Source of the DNA: Escherichia phage V18
Strand: one strand, 5' to 3'
Sequence record: NC_041937.1
DNA: 64,000 bases
Shown here: one piece after another, positions 53,721 to 63,694 of the stretch
How positions within the stretch are numbered: position 1 is the stretch's first letter
How the letters are laid out: each line of letters starts with the position of its first letter
Made by a program: the position numbers and the translations under genes
Notes under the pieces: generated by a model
Told to the model about the DNA's origin: nothing
The model's database searches: none
Seen by the model: the letters and a program-made list of their open reading frames with translations, nothing else

Positions 53721-56457
53721 CTGTGATCTGGAACGGGACTCCCATCATTTTAGAAGCTTGCCAGAAGCAATGCACCACCATTTCACCCACAGGGCTCCAG
53801 ATAAGCTCAAGCTTTCCGTCATCGTTCAGGATAGGATCGTACACCGTGTTTCCGTCTCTGTCAACCACTTCGTTTCCGTCCTCATCCTTGCGTGCCTTTT
53901 TGTACTTATGACCGTCGAACACATGAAGTTTGGCCTCCTGCTCTGCCTTAAATGCTTCCAGTTCTTCGATTGTGTCGAAGGTGTACACAGTCTTATACTT
54001 CGGTGTGTCAGGGACTTGAAGCTGATATTCGTCATGGTAATAGATAATACGACGAACACCTTCATCGTACCACCCACGCTTCACCATTTGGTGGTGCATG
54101 AGTATCCCAACTAAGTCACACAGCGATGCACCACCATTCTGTTGGTATGCATTAAGTAAAGAGTGTTTAGATCGGGTCCAGATAGCATGACCATCAAAAG
54201 AGTAGATAAACTTCTTACCCGTTGCTTCCCAGAATTTCTCCAGATCTTCTTTACGCCCCTTAAGACCGGGGTTGGCATCCCAAAGTGCATCGATTACCCT
54301 TTGTCCCAACTCTGGAGAGATGTCCAGCATATCTGCAACTTTATCTTTTTGTGCCCCATACATAACCCCATACGTGATAGGTTTACCGTCGTTACGAGAC
54401 ACCTCTCTGCCTGCTACTTTTGTATATGCTTCAGCATTGTTTTGGTGTGCGTCCCCGTTACTTACAACATCATAATACAATCCGTTGTCGAACTCAAAGG
54501 CACCCCAAGCCCCGATAAGCTGCTCTAAGTTGGACCCGTCAATACCGATCTCAAAGTATCCTGGAGGAACACCCCACAGACTACGCATCTCTTTACCCAT
54601 GACCACTTTAGGAGATGGTTTAGGCATGTTTGCACAAATACTGTGTTTCTGTCGGGAAGTGTTTGTTAACCCAGAGCTTTTAGCAGGAAGCTTATGGTCA
54701 ATCTTCAAACGTGGATGATTAAGAAGACCAGTATCAACCTTATCCTCCTTGATTGGATCAAGTACCGATCTGCGGTTTCGCAATGATAACCACAAGACGA
54801 TATCTTTAGCCATCTCTCCGTTCAATTTTTCAAGATTCGGGCATAGGTGTCCAAACGTATCTTTCAGTTGCGGAGAAGTAATAAGTGCCCTAGCTTTTCT
54901 ACGTATTTTCCCGAATACTTCCTTTTTAATCCTTTCGGAGTTAGGAAAGCTTCGGAACTTGTGCACGGTTGTCTGGAACTTAGCATCAGTTTTGTTCCAG
55001 AAGTTGATAATCAGGTCACAATACTCTGACTCTAAAAGCTCGTCCATATATGCATATACTCGTGCATCAACATCTGCATCAGGTAGAGCTTTCTTCTTGC
55101 TGTCTTTAGTTACATCCTTAGTTCTCCACATTGTCGGAAGCCAACCAGCACTGATCAGGTATCGCTTAATGTCGTCCTGGTTGCTGATTTTCATAGGTAT
55201 CTTGCAGTCCGGCATTCGCTTCTGCTGTAGATCACTTATTGCCTGATCCATTAGCTCTTTAGGTAAAGGTTGTGGTGTGGAGGTGCCCTTAATATAGCCT
55301 CTCAAGAAATCAGCCATCTTATCGGGGTCTTTGCAGCCCATCTCTTCACACCATTTTATCCCCATCTTACTGACATCTCCTGTAGAGGTAAATGCTCGCT
55401 TAGGCGGGGCTTTGAACTCTAAAGCGCTCATATCTACAGGATAGCCAAGCTTATCTTTTAACCATTTCCAACCATTATTGGAGATTGTCCCATCTTGGTT
55501 AAACGGCTTTTCAGGGAACTTGGGCCGCTGAGACATTGACAGCTCTTTTAAAGGTAGTTGCGGTTCAACACGATCAGCGATTTCTTTCATCCACGCATCG
55601 CAACGGTCACGTAAAGCAATAGCTCCATCTATGTCAAAATACACACCCTGACGGGCCTGCAGCTCCATCAGGAAGTGCTGCAGCATGCCTCGGCGTAATG
55701 CGTTCTTCCAGGTGATCTTCTTGAACCCTTTCGGCTTCTCTTTGGCAGGATCGTACATAAAGTTCTGCATGTCAGATTTGCCGTAGAATACACCTTTTGA
55801 TTCCGCTACCAGCTCTTTCCAGAGCAGCTCCTGGATGATAACGTCCTCGAATACACGATCCACATACTTCCACAACGGAAGATCGCGCCAGTCATCAATT
55901 TGAACTTTCTGGTTACCAAGGGCGTAGCCCCATGCCATAAGGCCGTGAGGACCAACAGGTTGCATTTTCTTAGTAACCGGGTTGAATACAGCGTCCGGAC
56001 AACCTTTTGGTAAAGGGCGATCAGGCCACAAGATTCGGCTCATAGCCAACGTATCAAACAGGTTAACCTGGTGGTCGTTGATAGTCCCCATGCATTTAGG
56101 ATCACGGAACATATCAAAATGAATACCGGATAATCTTTCCATCAGCATAAAGTCATAACTGTAGCAGTTATGGCAGTTCAAAGCTGTTGGTGACCAGTCG
56201 GAATTGCCTGTAAGCCAACCTTCCAACTCCGAAAAATCTGCTATGCGAACTTCAAAATCTTTATAAAGAGTTTTCTTTGCCAGAATAAAGTTCTTAGCCT
56301 TTTCTATATCCTCCTCGGAGTAGTGTGTGCGGCTATTTAGAGGAAGGAACAGCATAAAACGGTTCTTATTCAGCTCTTTAAACAGACCGCAGTGATAATA
56401 AAGATCTGGGTCTTCCAGCAAACCGGATGACTCAAAATCGAACGACCACATACTCAT
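53680..56457 (-). CDS. DNA polymerase, family A (Pol I/T7-like) with 3'-5' exonuclease domain
   Basis: 925 aa; N-terminal FDFESSGL (Exo I), motif B-like KPITYGVMYGAQ, motif C YYHDEYQ. Confidence 0.9.
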   Translation of the reverse strand: MSMWSFDFESSGLLEDPDLYYHCGLFKELNKNRFMLFLPLNSRTHYSEEDIEKAKNFILAKKTLYKDFEVRIADFSELEGWLTGNSDWSPTALNCHNCYSYDFMLMERLSGIHFDMFRDPKCMGTINDHQVNLFDTLAMSRILWPDRPLPKGCPDAVFNPVTKKMQPVGPHGLMAWGYALGNQKVQIDDWRDLPLWKYVDRVFEDVIIQELLWKELVAESKGVFYGKSDMQNFMYDPAKEKPKGFKKITWKNALRRGMLQHFLMELQARQGVYFDIDGAIALRDRCDAWMKEIADRVEPQLPLKELSMSQRPKFPEKPFNQDGTISNNGWKWLKDKLGYPVDMSALEFKAPPKRAFTSTGDVSKMGIKWCEEMGCKDPDKMADFLRGYIKGTSTPQPLPKELMDQAISDLQQKRMPDCKIPMKISNQDDIKRYLISAGWLPTMWRTKDVTKDSKKKALPDADVDARVYAYMDELLESEYCDLIINFWNKTDAKFQTTVHKFRSFPNSERIKKEVFGKIRRKARALITSPQLKDTFGHLCPNLEKLNGEMAKDIVLWLSLRNRRSVLDPIKEDKVDTGLLNHPRLKIDHKLPAKSSGLTNTSRQKHSICANMPKPSPKVVMGKEMRSLWGVPPGYFEIGIDGSNLEQLIGAWGAFEFDNGLYYDVVSNGDAHQNNAEAYTKVAGREVSRNDGKPITYGVMYGAQKDKVADMLDISPELGQRVIDALWDANPGLKGRKEDLEKFWEATGKKFIYSFDGHAIWTRSKHSLLNAYQQNGGASLCDLVGILMHHQMVKRGWYDEGVRRIIYYHDEYQLQVPDTPKYKTVYTFDTIEELEAFKAEQEAKLHVFDGHKYKKARKDEDGNEVVDRDGNTVYDPILNDDGKLELIWSPVGEMVVHCFWQASKMMGVPFQITGEYLCGRNWGDCH

Positions 56458-56515
56458 ATACAGTTCTCCTTAAAGGGGAGGCGGTTGTACTACCCCTCCC
56501 ACTCTTTGTTAAACA

Positions 56516-58222
56516 TTAAAAAGGCGTTTCATCATCCTCAAAACCAGGGACCGGGTCAGAGGATGGATCATCGTACTGGAGGTCTTCCTGCGTGTCAACA
56601 GGCTTAACAGTAGGAGTTACAACCTTATCAGCCACAACCTTGCCCATAGGTGTTTCTACAACTGCATGCTCCTGATCCTCAAACATAGCCTGAGGTCTCC
56701 AAACAACCTCCCCGCCTTCTCCGTCTGTAAACATTTGCATTTCTTTGTCCCAGTACCAATTACTGGCATCATGGAACTTACCTGTGTGCGGGTCCATAAC
56801 CAAAGTGTCAGCAATACCTAGAGTTTTTGCTGGACGGTTTTTAAGACCTACCAGACGGACACGTCCACGAGAACGATCCACCATTTCTTCGGCCTCGACA
56901 CCTATGACTACCCAACTCAACTGTTCAAGCCCAGCCGATCCTCGCAAATTCTCTTTTCGCACAGGATACCAGAAAGGTAACGGGTTACCATCCTTGTCCT
57001 TAGGAGGCACAATCTCTGTACGTTTGAGGTGAGCGATCACCAAGATAAACACATTAAACTGCTTACAAAACGCAGCCAGTTGGGTCATAGCCATGTCCAG
57101 TTCTTTTCGCTCATCCTTAACATTAAGCCCTGAAATTACCATGGACAGGTGATCCAGCACAATATAACGACAATGGTACAGGCAAACCATTTGCTTAAGC
57201 TTGGTAATCAACTCGTCCACCGGAATAGACCCGAAATGTTTGAACACTTTGATTTTTCCAGCTTTTGCCCATGATTGGTGAATCTCTGCGTGTTCTTGAT
57301 CAGTTAAAAACTGGCTAGGATCTTCAACAAACTCTTTAACATCAAACCCTAACTGGTTTGCATACAAGGAGTTAATTGCTTCCTCTGGGTCCTCCTCAAG
57401 ATGGATCATGCATAGACGATCATCCTCTTCATAGTCATCAGCCTTCGGGCATGTCGGGTCCATTAGGTATCTTGCAATACAGTGTTCCAGTTTTTTAGCC
57501 ACGGTTGTTTTACCGCCCCCTGATGGCCCTGTAAGCATTACGAGTGTCCCTTTGTGCAAGCCTTTTAGCATTTTTTGCAGTTTTGGGAACTCTGCGCTGA
57601 TATCTACCCCGTTGGAAGTCTTTTTCCGCAAAGACTCGATAGAGAAGTCTTCTAAATCCGACACAGCATCAGGCACATATTTAACAGGATGCCGGAACAT
57701 GTTGACAATATCTTCCAGCTTTTTAGCCTTCAGCATGTCACGGATATCTTTTACACCGTCAGGATCGTTTACCTCACCGGGGTATTCTACGTGGTAAACG
57801 TTATCAGCCATCAAAAATGCTGCAATATTGTGCGTGGCCTCGACACCTTTAATGACGTGTTTTTGCTTCTCTACCTCGTTAGCTGCATCGTTATCCATTG
57901 CCAGCACAACTGTTCCATAGCTACGGATAAACTTCTCATTGTTTGCAAAAGTATCTACTGCGTTTGCACATCCACAGTTAATTCCAACAAAAGGTAGGCA
58001 AGGTTTTCCTGCCAGATCACCACCGTTGATAACTGCGTCGATCCCGTCCTGGACCTCTTTAGCCCACTGCTTCACCTTTGCCGGGGCTTTAGCGTTGGTG
58101 AGAATCCCTTTTACTTGTATCTGATATGCAGCCTGCCATGCTGCAATAACATCACCTTCTCCCTCACAAACGTTAATCTGCTTACGGTTGTTGGAAGATG
58201 CACACAGCTTTTGACCAAACAT
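56516..58222 (-). CDS. primase-helicase (T7 gp4-like): TOPRIM plus DnaB-family helicase
   Basis: 568 aa; TOPRIM VLAMDNDAANE; Walker A TGPSGGGKT; acidic C-terminus ending EDDETPF. Confidence 0.85.
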   Translation of the reverse strand: MFGQKLCASSNNRKQINVCEGEGDVIAAWQAAYQIQVKGILTNAKAPAKVKQWAKEVQDGIDAVINGGDLAGKPCLPFVGINCGCANAVDTFANNEKFIRSYGTVVLAMDNDAANEVEKQKHVIKGVEATHNIAAFLMADNVYHVEYPGEVNDPDGVKDIRDMLKAKKLEDIVNMFRHPVKYVPDAVSDLEDFSIESLRKKTSNGVDISAEFPKLQKMLKGLHKGTLVMLTGPSGGGKTTVAKKLEHCIARYLMDPTCPKADDYEEDDRLCMIHLEEDPEEAINSLYANQLGFDVKEFVEDPSQFLTDQEHAEIHQSWAKAGKIKVFKHFGSIPVDELITKLKQMVCLYHCRYIVLDHLSMVISGLNVKDERKELDMAMTQLAAFCKQFNVFILVIAHLKRTEIVPPKDKDGNPLPFWYPVRKENLRGSAGLEQLSWVVIGVEAEEMVDRSRGRVRLVGLKNRPAKTLGIADTLVMDPHTGKFHDASNWYWDKEMQMFTDGEGGEVVWRPQAMFEDQEHAVVETPMGKVVADKVVTPTVKPVDTQEDLQYDDPSSDPVPGFEDDETPF

Positions 58223-58239
58223 CTGGGAGTTGGCCTTTA

Positions 58240-58509
58240 CTATGCTACTACAGACCAGTGCCCTTTCTGCTCTTTCGGCTTAGACCAGTCACGCTTTTTG
58301 AAACCAGACAGATTTCCGTAGCGGTCGTAATATGGGAAATATGTTGCAGTGACTGTCACACCGTCTTCTTGGGACAATGCTGATCGCACACCAAAATATT
58401 GTGCAGCCATCAGACCGATATTTTGTTGTGGGACAGGGACAATTTTAGTATTTTCTAAAACAGTCTCTACAGTTTCAACCTCTTTTTCATCACGATAGTC
58501 TCGTTTCAT
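58240..58509 (-). CDS. primase RNA-polymerase-domain N-terminal segment, frame-separated from the primase-helicase
   Basis: RSALSQEDG...YDRYGNLSGFKKRD resembles the T7 gp4 segment YSALTARGIS...YRDQNGNIVSQKVRD; no Cys4 zinc-binding domain. Confidence 0.55.
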   Translation of the reverse strand: MKRDYRDEKEVETVETVLENTKIVPVPQQNIGLMAAQYFGVRSALSQEDGVTVTATYFPYYDRYGNLSGFKKRDWSKPKEQKGHWSVVA

Positions 58510-58582
58510 ACTACCCCCACTTTTGTATCTTGTTGCAACTGGGTTAGGTTCTCCATAGCGGCTATATGCAGAGGATATAAAC

Positions 58583-59368
58583 TTATTCCCCTCTCCTTAC
58601 TACAGGCTCGTTTGCTAAGAATACAGCTTTTGCCCAGCCACGTGGTGTGAGGCTTCGAATCATCTTCGTTCTTGCACTCTTTCCACCAAGCTTGGCGTGT
58701 TGCATGGAATACCCGCTAACCACGTCAACTATTTGCGGGACAGGTTTTGTGTCCGGGATTATAAATCCATTACCTATCCAGCCGCAAGTTATTTTTGGAT
58801 AGGCATCACGTGGAGCTATAAATTCAGGAAACCATGGGTTTACATCATCCTCAGGTAAATACCCGCCATAGTCAGAAGGATGAAAACGGTAATCAGGTTT
58901 GCGCCACAGTGTGGACATAACACCAACAGGATTCTCTACATGCCACGGGCAATCGTAAATCTCTCCCAGCTCTTCCGCAACCCGAGCATCCTTTACAGCA
59001 TTAATTTGGATCATGGGGTCCTTAGCCAGCTTTTTCTTAAAATGTGCAGCACCCGATACCGCTAAATGCGTGCACGGAGGAAATGCAAGAATAAAGTCTG
59101 GAGCTGGATACATGCAAAAAGTTTCCTGAGGGAACCACGGGTCAATCCAATAGTCAACATAGTGAATGTTGGGATGATCGGTTATCACCTCTGCATAACT
59201 GCCGTGATCAGCACCTTCTGCGTTAAAGCACAGGCACAGATATCCAGCTTTTGCCCAGTCAATGACTGCACCACCAGACCCGTCAAATAGACTCCACACA
59301 ACACCTTTGTGGTAGTGTTCTTTGTAGATAAATTTCAATTTGCTGTCTCCTAATGCAAAAAGCCCCAC
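58583..59368 (-). CDS. putative DNA cytosine-5 methyltransferase-like protein
   Basis: 261 aa; SLFDGSGG (motif I-like), FPPCTH (PC motif), HVENPVG (ENV motif). Confidence 0.5.
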   Translation of the reverse strand: MGLFALGDSKLKFIYKEHYHKGVVWSLFDGSGGAVIDWAKAGYLCLCFNAEGADHGSYAEVITDHPNIHYVDYWIDPWFPQETFCMYPAPDFILAFPPCTHLAVSGAAHFKKKLAKDPMIQINAVKDARVAEELGEIYDCPWHVENPVGVMSTLWRKPDYRFHPSDYGGYLPEDDVNPWFPEFIAPRDAYPKITCGWIGNGFIIPDTKPVPQIVDVVSGYSMQHAKLGGKSARTKMIRSLTPRGWAKAVFLANEPVVRRGE

Positions 59369-59389
59369 CCTTTCGGGCAGGGCCTAGTG

Positions 59390-59872
59390 TTAAACCCGGA
59401 TACCTATTGTATACTCGGTGGATACCAATGTCAAATCTAAATTTAAAATTTCTTGCATCTCATAATATGCGTCCAGGGTGAGATACATTTCCCCATCCTT
59501 TTCTACATACTTGTCCAAGTGCTTGAGGCATTTCGGATAACTATCAAGTGCAGCTTTCAGACACTCAAATTCTGTGCTGTTGATGAATCCTTCCATCTTA
59601 GCTACCCGTTCTGGAGTAACGATAGCACTGTAGTGAGATTTAGCTTCCTGAATGCAATGGGTCCAAGCATCAACTTTCTCTTCAAAAAGTCCGAAGAACT
59701 TCTTTTTGGTGAGCTTCAGATTCTTTAAGTGCTTAAGCACTCGGTTGCCGATCACAGCTACATCACGAAACTTAAGGATCACTTTGTCGATATCCTCGCG
59801 GCCTATTTTCACAAAGCAAGCCTCGCACATTTCAGGAGTGGCATAGCCTACTTTCCACATAAAATCTGACAT
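59390..59872 (-). CDS. hypothetical protein
   Basis: 160 aa ORF. Confidence 0.4.
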   Translation of the reverse strand: MSDFMWKVGYATPEMCEACFVKIGREDIDKVILKFRDVAVIGNRVLKHLKNLKLTKKKFFGLFEEKVDAWTHCIQEAKSHYSAIVTPERVAKMEGFINSTEFECLKAALDSYPKCLKHLDKYVEKDGEMYLTLDAYYEMQEILNLDLTLVSTEYTIGIRV

Positions 59873-59884
59873 AGCACTCTCTCC

Positions 59885-60280
59885 TTATTCCTGAAAAGCA
59901 ACGATATCATATGAACTTGCAGATGATCCTGGTGAAGAATGACTCCAGTCTAGGTCATCAGAGTAGTCAGCGTACTGTGCACCACTACGTAGTTTGTATT
60001 TTACCCACTTACCTGGTGCAGGGTTTTCACCACCTTCCCATACTTCCCAGCCTTCTGGCAGGCCGTCCTGGGGGTAGTCATCCACCTCACTAATAATCTT
60101 AGGGTTTGGCACCAAGATCCCCGCAGGCTCTTCCTTCCGGATAAGTGTCCACACAGCGCAGGTGTCTGAGCAGGCGCATGATAGCAAAGTATATCCACTA
60201 TTCAGAACTTCTGCAAGCTCTTTTTCAGCATCTTCTAATTTGGTTAAGTGGTATTGGATAATCTTCACACCTGTAATCAT
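59885..60280 (-). CDS. hypothetical protein
   Basis: 131 aa ORF. Confidence 0.4.
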   Translation of the reverse strand: MITGVKIIQYHLTKLEDAEKELAEVLNSGYTLLSCACSDTCAVWTLIRKEEPAGILVPNPKIISEVDDYPQDGLPEGWEVWEGGENPAPGKWVKYKLRSGAQYADYSDDLDWSHSSPGSSASSYDIVAFQE

Positions 60281-60624
60281 CAGAAACCTCCCACTTCTTC
60301 AGCAAATGCAGCTGCTGTCGTCGCTGCATCCAGATAGGACTCTAGTTCACGGGATGCACGTTTGTAAATTGAGTGGCGCATATCGTTTGGCAGTTGGTGG
60401 AAGTCCACCTCTTCACCGTTGTGGTAAACATGCACATCGGTAATTTGTCTAAATCCGTAATAGTCAACATCAGAATCACGGCACTCTGGGTCTGGCAACT
60501 GGACAACTGCCTGAGCTTCCACAGTGAACATATCGTCAAGTTCGAAATCGATTTCAAAAGTGTATGGTTTATAACGTTTCATCATTTGATTGTGCTCTTT
60601 ATTGATCAGACTTATCTTTCGCAA
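60280..60624 (-). CDS. hypothetical protein
   Basis: 114 aa ORF. Confidence 0.4.
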   Translation of the reverse strand: MRKISLINKEHNQMMKRYKPYTFEIDFELDDMFTVEAQAVVQLPDPECRDSDVDYYGFRQITDVHVYHNGEEVDFHQLPNDMRHSIYKRASRELESYLDAATTAAAFAEEVGGF

Positions 60625-61924
60625 TTAAGGTCGGGGTAAGTTTGTAATAACGGAAGCCACCACCACCTTTCCAGTTTACAGACTTAGAAATACCACCTTG
60701 ATCTTCGCCATCGATCACTTTTTCCAAGCGCGGAATAATATGGGTATGACAATGATCACCTAGCTCGATTGAGATCCAACGTCTTTTCATCTTGTGAGCT
60801 ACAGCAGCAGTAGTTCCCGAACCACCGAATGAATCCAATACCAAATCGCCTTCTCGCGTACACATTTCTAAAATCCGCTTCAAAAGAGCTTCTGGTTTTT
60901 TCCCATTTTTGAAACTGACGCCGCCTTCATTTGCTATTCCATTCCAACTAATGTCTGTCCAAACATCAGTTATTAGTTCCGCAGGTTGCATCTCACCGTC
61001 AATTTCCAAAAGTCTATTGGAGTAAAAGACCATTTGCCTACCATTTGCGATATAAAATCCTTCAACATCCTCATTTGGATGTACATAAACCTTATCCCTA
61101 TCTTTCTTTGACTTCTCGATAGTTTCTTTTCTCTTTATTTTAGCACCACCACCAATTGCAACAGATTGAAATACACGTTCTGCATTATCAGTTGCGAATT
61201 GTGCTAATTCATCATCGAATGTATCAGGCAGTTTTTTCTTGGCTTCTTTTGCATCTTTATAACCATTGGCCTTTGCAAACGCATCGGCAATACCGCACCA
61301 CGTCCAATTTTTATAATGGTCATCCGGGTTTAATAGGTATTTGTTATATCCTGTATCATACCCTTTAGGTATATAGATTTTGTTAAGCGGTTTCTGGGTG
61401 CGATCTTTTGCATATACAAGCAAAAAGTTTGCTGTGGAGAAAACTGTGGCTCCTGTTGCCTTAAATCCCGAAGGGGAATTTGTGGTCATCGATATGGTAT
61501 TTAACTGATTTGCACGACCAAAAATCTCGTCCATCAAAACTTTTAAATACGCCATTTCGCAATCATCTAAGTGAACGAATATTACCCCATCATCACTTAG
61601 AAGATTACGAATTATTTCTAACCTATCCCTCATTAAGCCCAGCCAAATGGAATGCTCCAGGCTATCATCGTAGTGCTCAAAAGCCCTTCCGGTATTGAAT
61701 GGTGGGTCTATGTAAACACACTTCACTTTGCCTGCATACTCTTGCTCTAGCGCCTTCAATGCTAATAAGTTATCTCCAAAAATCAGTTTATTATCAAAAA
61801 TATCGTTTTCGGTCACTTTCTGGCTGTGGTAAGACTTGCTAGAATCCTCTAACAAAATGTGCGGCTCTAACTTTTTGCGCTCGTTTTTACCTATCCAGGT
61901 AAGTTCTAATTTGGTTTTGCTCAT
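60599..61924 (-). CDS. DNA N6-adenine/N4-cytosine methyltransferase, type III Mod / ParB-methylase-like
   Basis: 441 aa; YIDPPFNTG (DPPF motif) upstream of LDSFGGSGTT (SAM-binding); N-terminal ELTWIGK. Confidence 0.8.
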   Translation of the reverse strand: MSKTKLELTWIGKNERKKLEPHILLEDSSKSYHSQKVTENDIFDNKLIFGDNLLALKALEQEYAGKVKCVYIDPPFNTGRAFEHYDDSLEHSIWLGLMRDRLEIIRNLLSDDGVIFVHLDDCEMAYLKVLMDEIFGRANQLNTISMTTNSPSGFKATGATVFSTANFLLVYAKDRTQKPLNKIYIPKGYDTGYNKYLLNPDDHYKNWTWCGIADAFAKANGYKDAKEAKKKLPDTFDDELAQFATDNAERVFQSVAIGGGAKIKRKETIEKSKKDRDKVYVHPNEDVEGFYIANGRQMVFYSNRLLEIDGEMQPAELITDVWTDISWNGIANEGGVSFKNGKKPEALLKRILEMCTREGDLVLDSFGGSGTTAAVAHKMKRRWISIELGDHCHTHIIPRLEKVIDGEDQGGISKSVNWKGGGGFRYYKLTPTLIAKDKSDQ

Positions 61925-61985
61925 CGTTTGGTGCTCTCCTTAGTTTTTGTGGGGAGGAGTGCCTCCCCTTTATACTCACATCTTA

Positions 61986-62327
61986 CTACTCAAGGTCTTC
62001 AGAGTCAAGCTCAAAAAGAATCAAACTGTGCATGCCTGCAGAGAGATTAACACACCCTGCAACAATAAGGGTTTGATAGTAAGGTTCAGCACCCTCAATG
62101 TCTTCGTTAAAATCCACAACAAGGTAGTCACCTTTGTTAAAGGTGTATTTGTCCGATGTAAACGCAAAACCTGCCCAGTCCCCTACTGCAGGATCTTTAT
62201 CAGTCACCTTTGTTAGCAGTAGATCTTTTTCACGAGATCTTTTAGTAAAATCGTGAATCACAACATCCTTCTCTTCAGGAGTCGGATTGCCACACACGTA
62301 GTTAACGATATTTCTCCACAAACTCAT
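61986..62327 (-). CDS. hypothetical protein
   Basis: 113 aa ORF. Confidence 0.4.
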   Translation of the reverse strand: MSLWRNIVNYVCGNPTPEEKDVVIHDFTKRSREKDLLLTKVTDKDPAVGDWAGFAFTSDKYTFNKGDYLVVDFNEDIEGAEPYYQTLIVAGCVNLSAGMHSLILFELDSEDLE

Positions 62328-63694
62328 ACGTCCCCCTCTTCTGCTCTGGTTTCAAAATCTTTCCTGACAATTTTGTCTAAGTCAGGGAATGTTGTATTGT
62401 AAAACTCTACGACTCGCGGGTCAACAATAATGTCAACTTCTCTTAGCGGACGCAACAAGTTTATTCCTTGTATTGTCTTAACTCTACTCAAAGCGACATA
62501 CGTCATCCCAGGAGAGAAAGCTCCGTTCTTTCCAAGGTCTAGGTTGTAACAATCTAGCGTAAGTCCTTGACTTTTATGAGATGTTACGGCGTACCCAGAT
62601 TTCAGAGGAAGTTGCTTGTATGACCCAATCACTACCCTCTCTATAAACTTCTCCATCTTCCTTTCTGCAATGTTGTATCTCTGAGATGGCTTATACTCGT
62701 TATTCTCCCACAACCTCTGCTCTATGTCAACCTGTGTTCCATCTTCAAGCTCTACCACCACCGCCTTGTTCTTAAATTTAACAATCGTGGCACGTGTTCC
62801 GTTAACATAATAAGGTACTTTGTGCGTCGGGTCAACATCGTTGGCGGTTATCATAACTTTCATGCCAATTTTCAACTTCATCTCCTGCTCAACTGGCAGG
62901 GTGGAGGGAAACTTACCCTTCATTTCACCAGTGTATACCTTCTCTGGGGCGTTGATGGCATCATAGAACCTTCTGTTCACTTCCTCTGCTTGTTTGTTGG
63001 TGGCGCAAATTGTGAGAGCATCTGTTGGTACACCACCTTTGTAACAGCGAGCATTAAGTTCTGCTACAACCTCTTTTATGCGACGACCCTCACGAACACA
63101 GTTGAGCATTGTGGCAAATCGAATAGACTCCTGTCGGAACTGATCTATTAGGGCTATGTTGTGGAGGTCAAGCTCTTTCCAAGATTCGGTATAGCAACAC
63201 AGGTCCGTATGGTAGAAGTTGAAATAGGCTTCCTTCTCCATAGAAGAGACAACAGGAGGTGCCTGGTAAAAATCGCCAAACAATATGACCTGTATGCCTC
63301 CGAAAGGTTTGTCATTTTTTCGAAGGAAGCGGAGTTTCCTATCCATCTCTATAAACTTATCAGCGCGGATCATAGAGATTTCATCGATAATTAGGATGGT
63401 AAATGCCTTGCTTTTCAAAGGCTTTGCTGTTTTTGCCCTTATTGCGGTCCAGTCTGACTCCATGCTCACACCTGCTGCAAGATCGAAGGTTCGGTGTGCT
63501 GTTGCTCCATTAACGTTTAAAGCGGCTACCCCTGTCGGGGCAACCGTTATGCAAGAGTCTCCATACATTGACTGGATCATGTTGATGAGATACGTCTTCC
63601 CACAACCTGCAGGCCCTGAAACGAAGACATTCTCACCACTCATGATTGCAACGAGGGCAGCATCTGTGCCTACATCATACTGCCCTTTTTCCAT
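62324..63694 (-). CDS. SF1B DNA helicase (Dda/RecD-like)
   Basis: 456 aa; Walker A VSGPAGCGKT, IIDEISM, TSHKSQGLT, YVALSRV. Confidence 0.8.
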   Translation of the reverse strand: MEKGQYDVGTDAALVAIMSGENVFVSGPAGCGKTYLINMIQSMYGDSCITVAPTGVAALNVNGATAHRTFDLAAGVSMESDWTAIRAKTAKPLKSKAFTILIIDEISMIRADKFIEMDRKLRFLRKNDKPFGGIQVILFGDFYQAPPVVSSMEKEAYFNFYHTDLCCYTESWKELDLHNIALIDQFRQESIRFATMLNCVREGRRIKEVVAELNARCYKGGVPTDALTICATNKQAEEVNRRFYDAINAPEKVYTGEMKGKFPSTLPVEQEMKLKIGMKVMITANDVDPTHKVPYYVNGTRATIVKFKNKAVVVELEDGTQVDIEQRLWENNEYKPSQRYNIAERKMEKFIERVVIGSYKQLPLKSGYAVTSHKSQGLTLDCYNLDLGKNGAFSPGMTYVALSRVKTIQGINLLRPLREVDIIVDPRVVEFYNTTFPDLDKIVRKDFETRAEEGDV

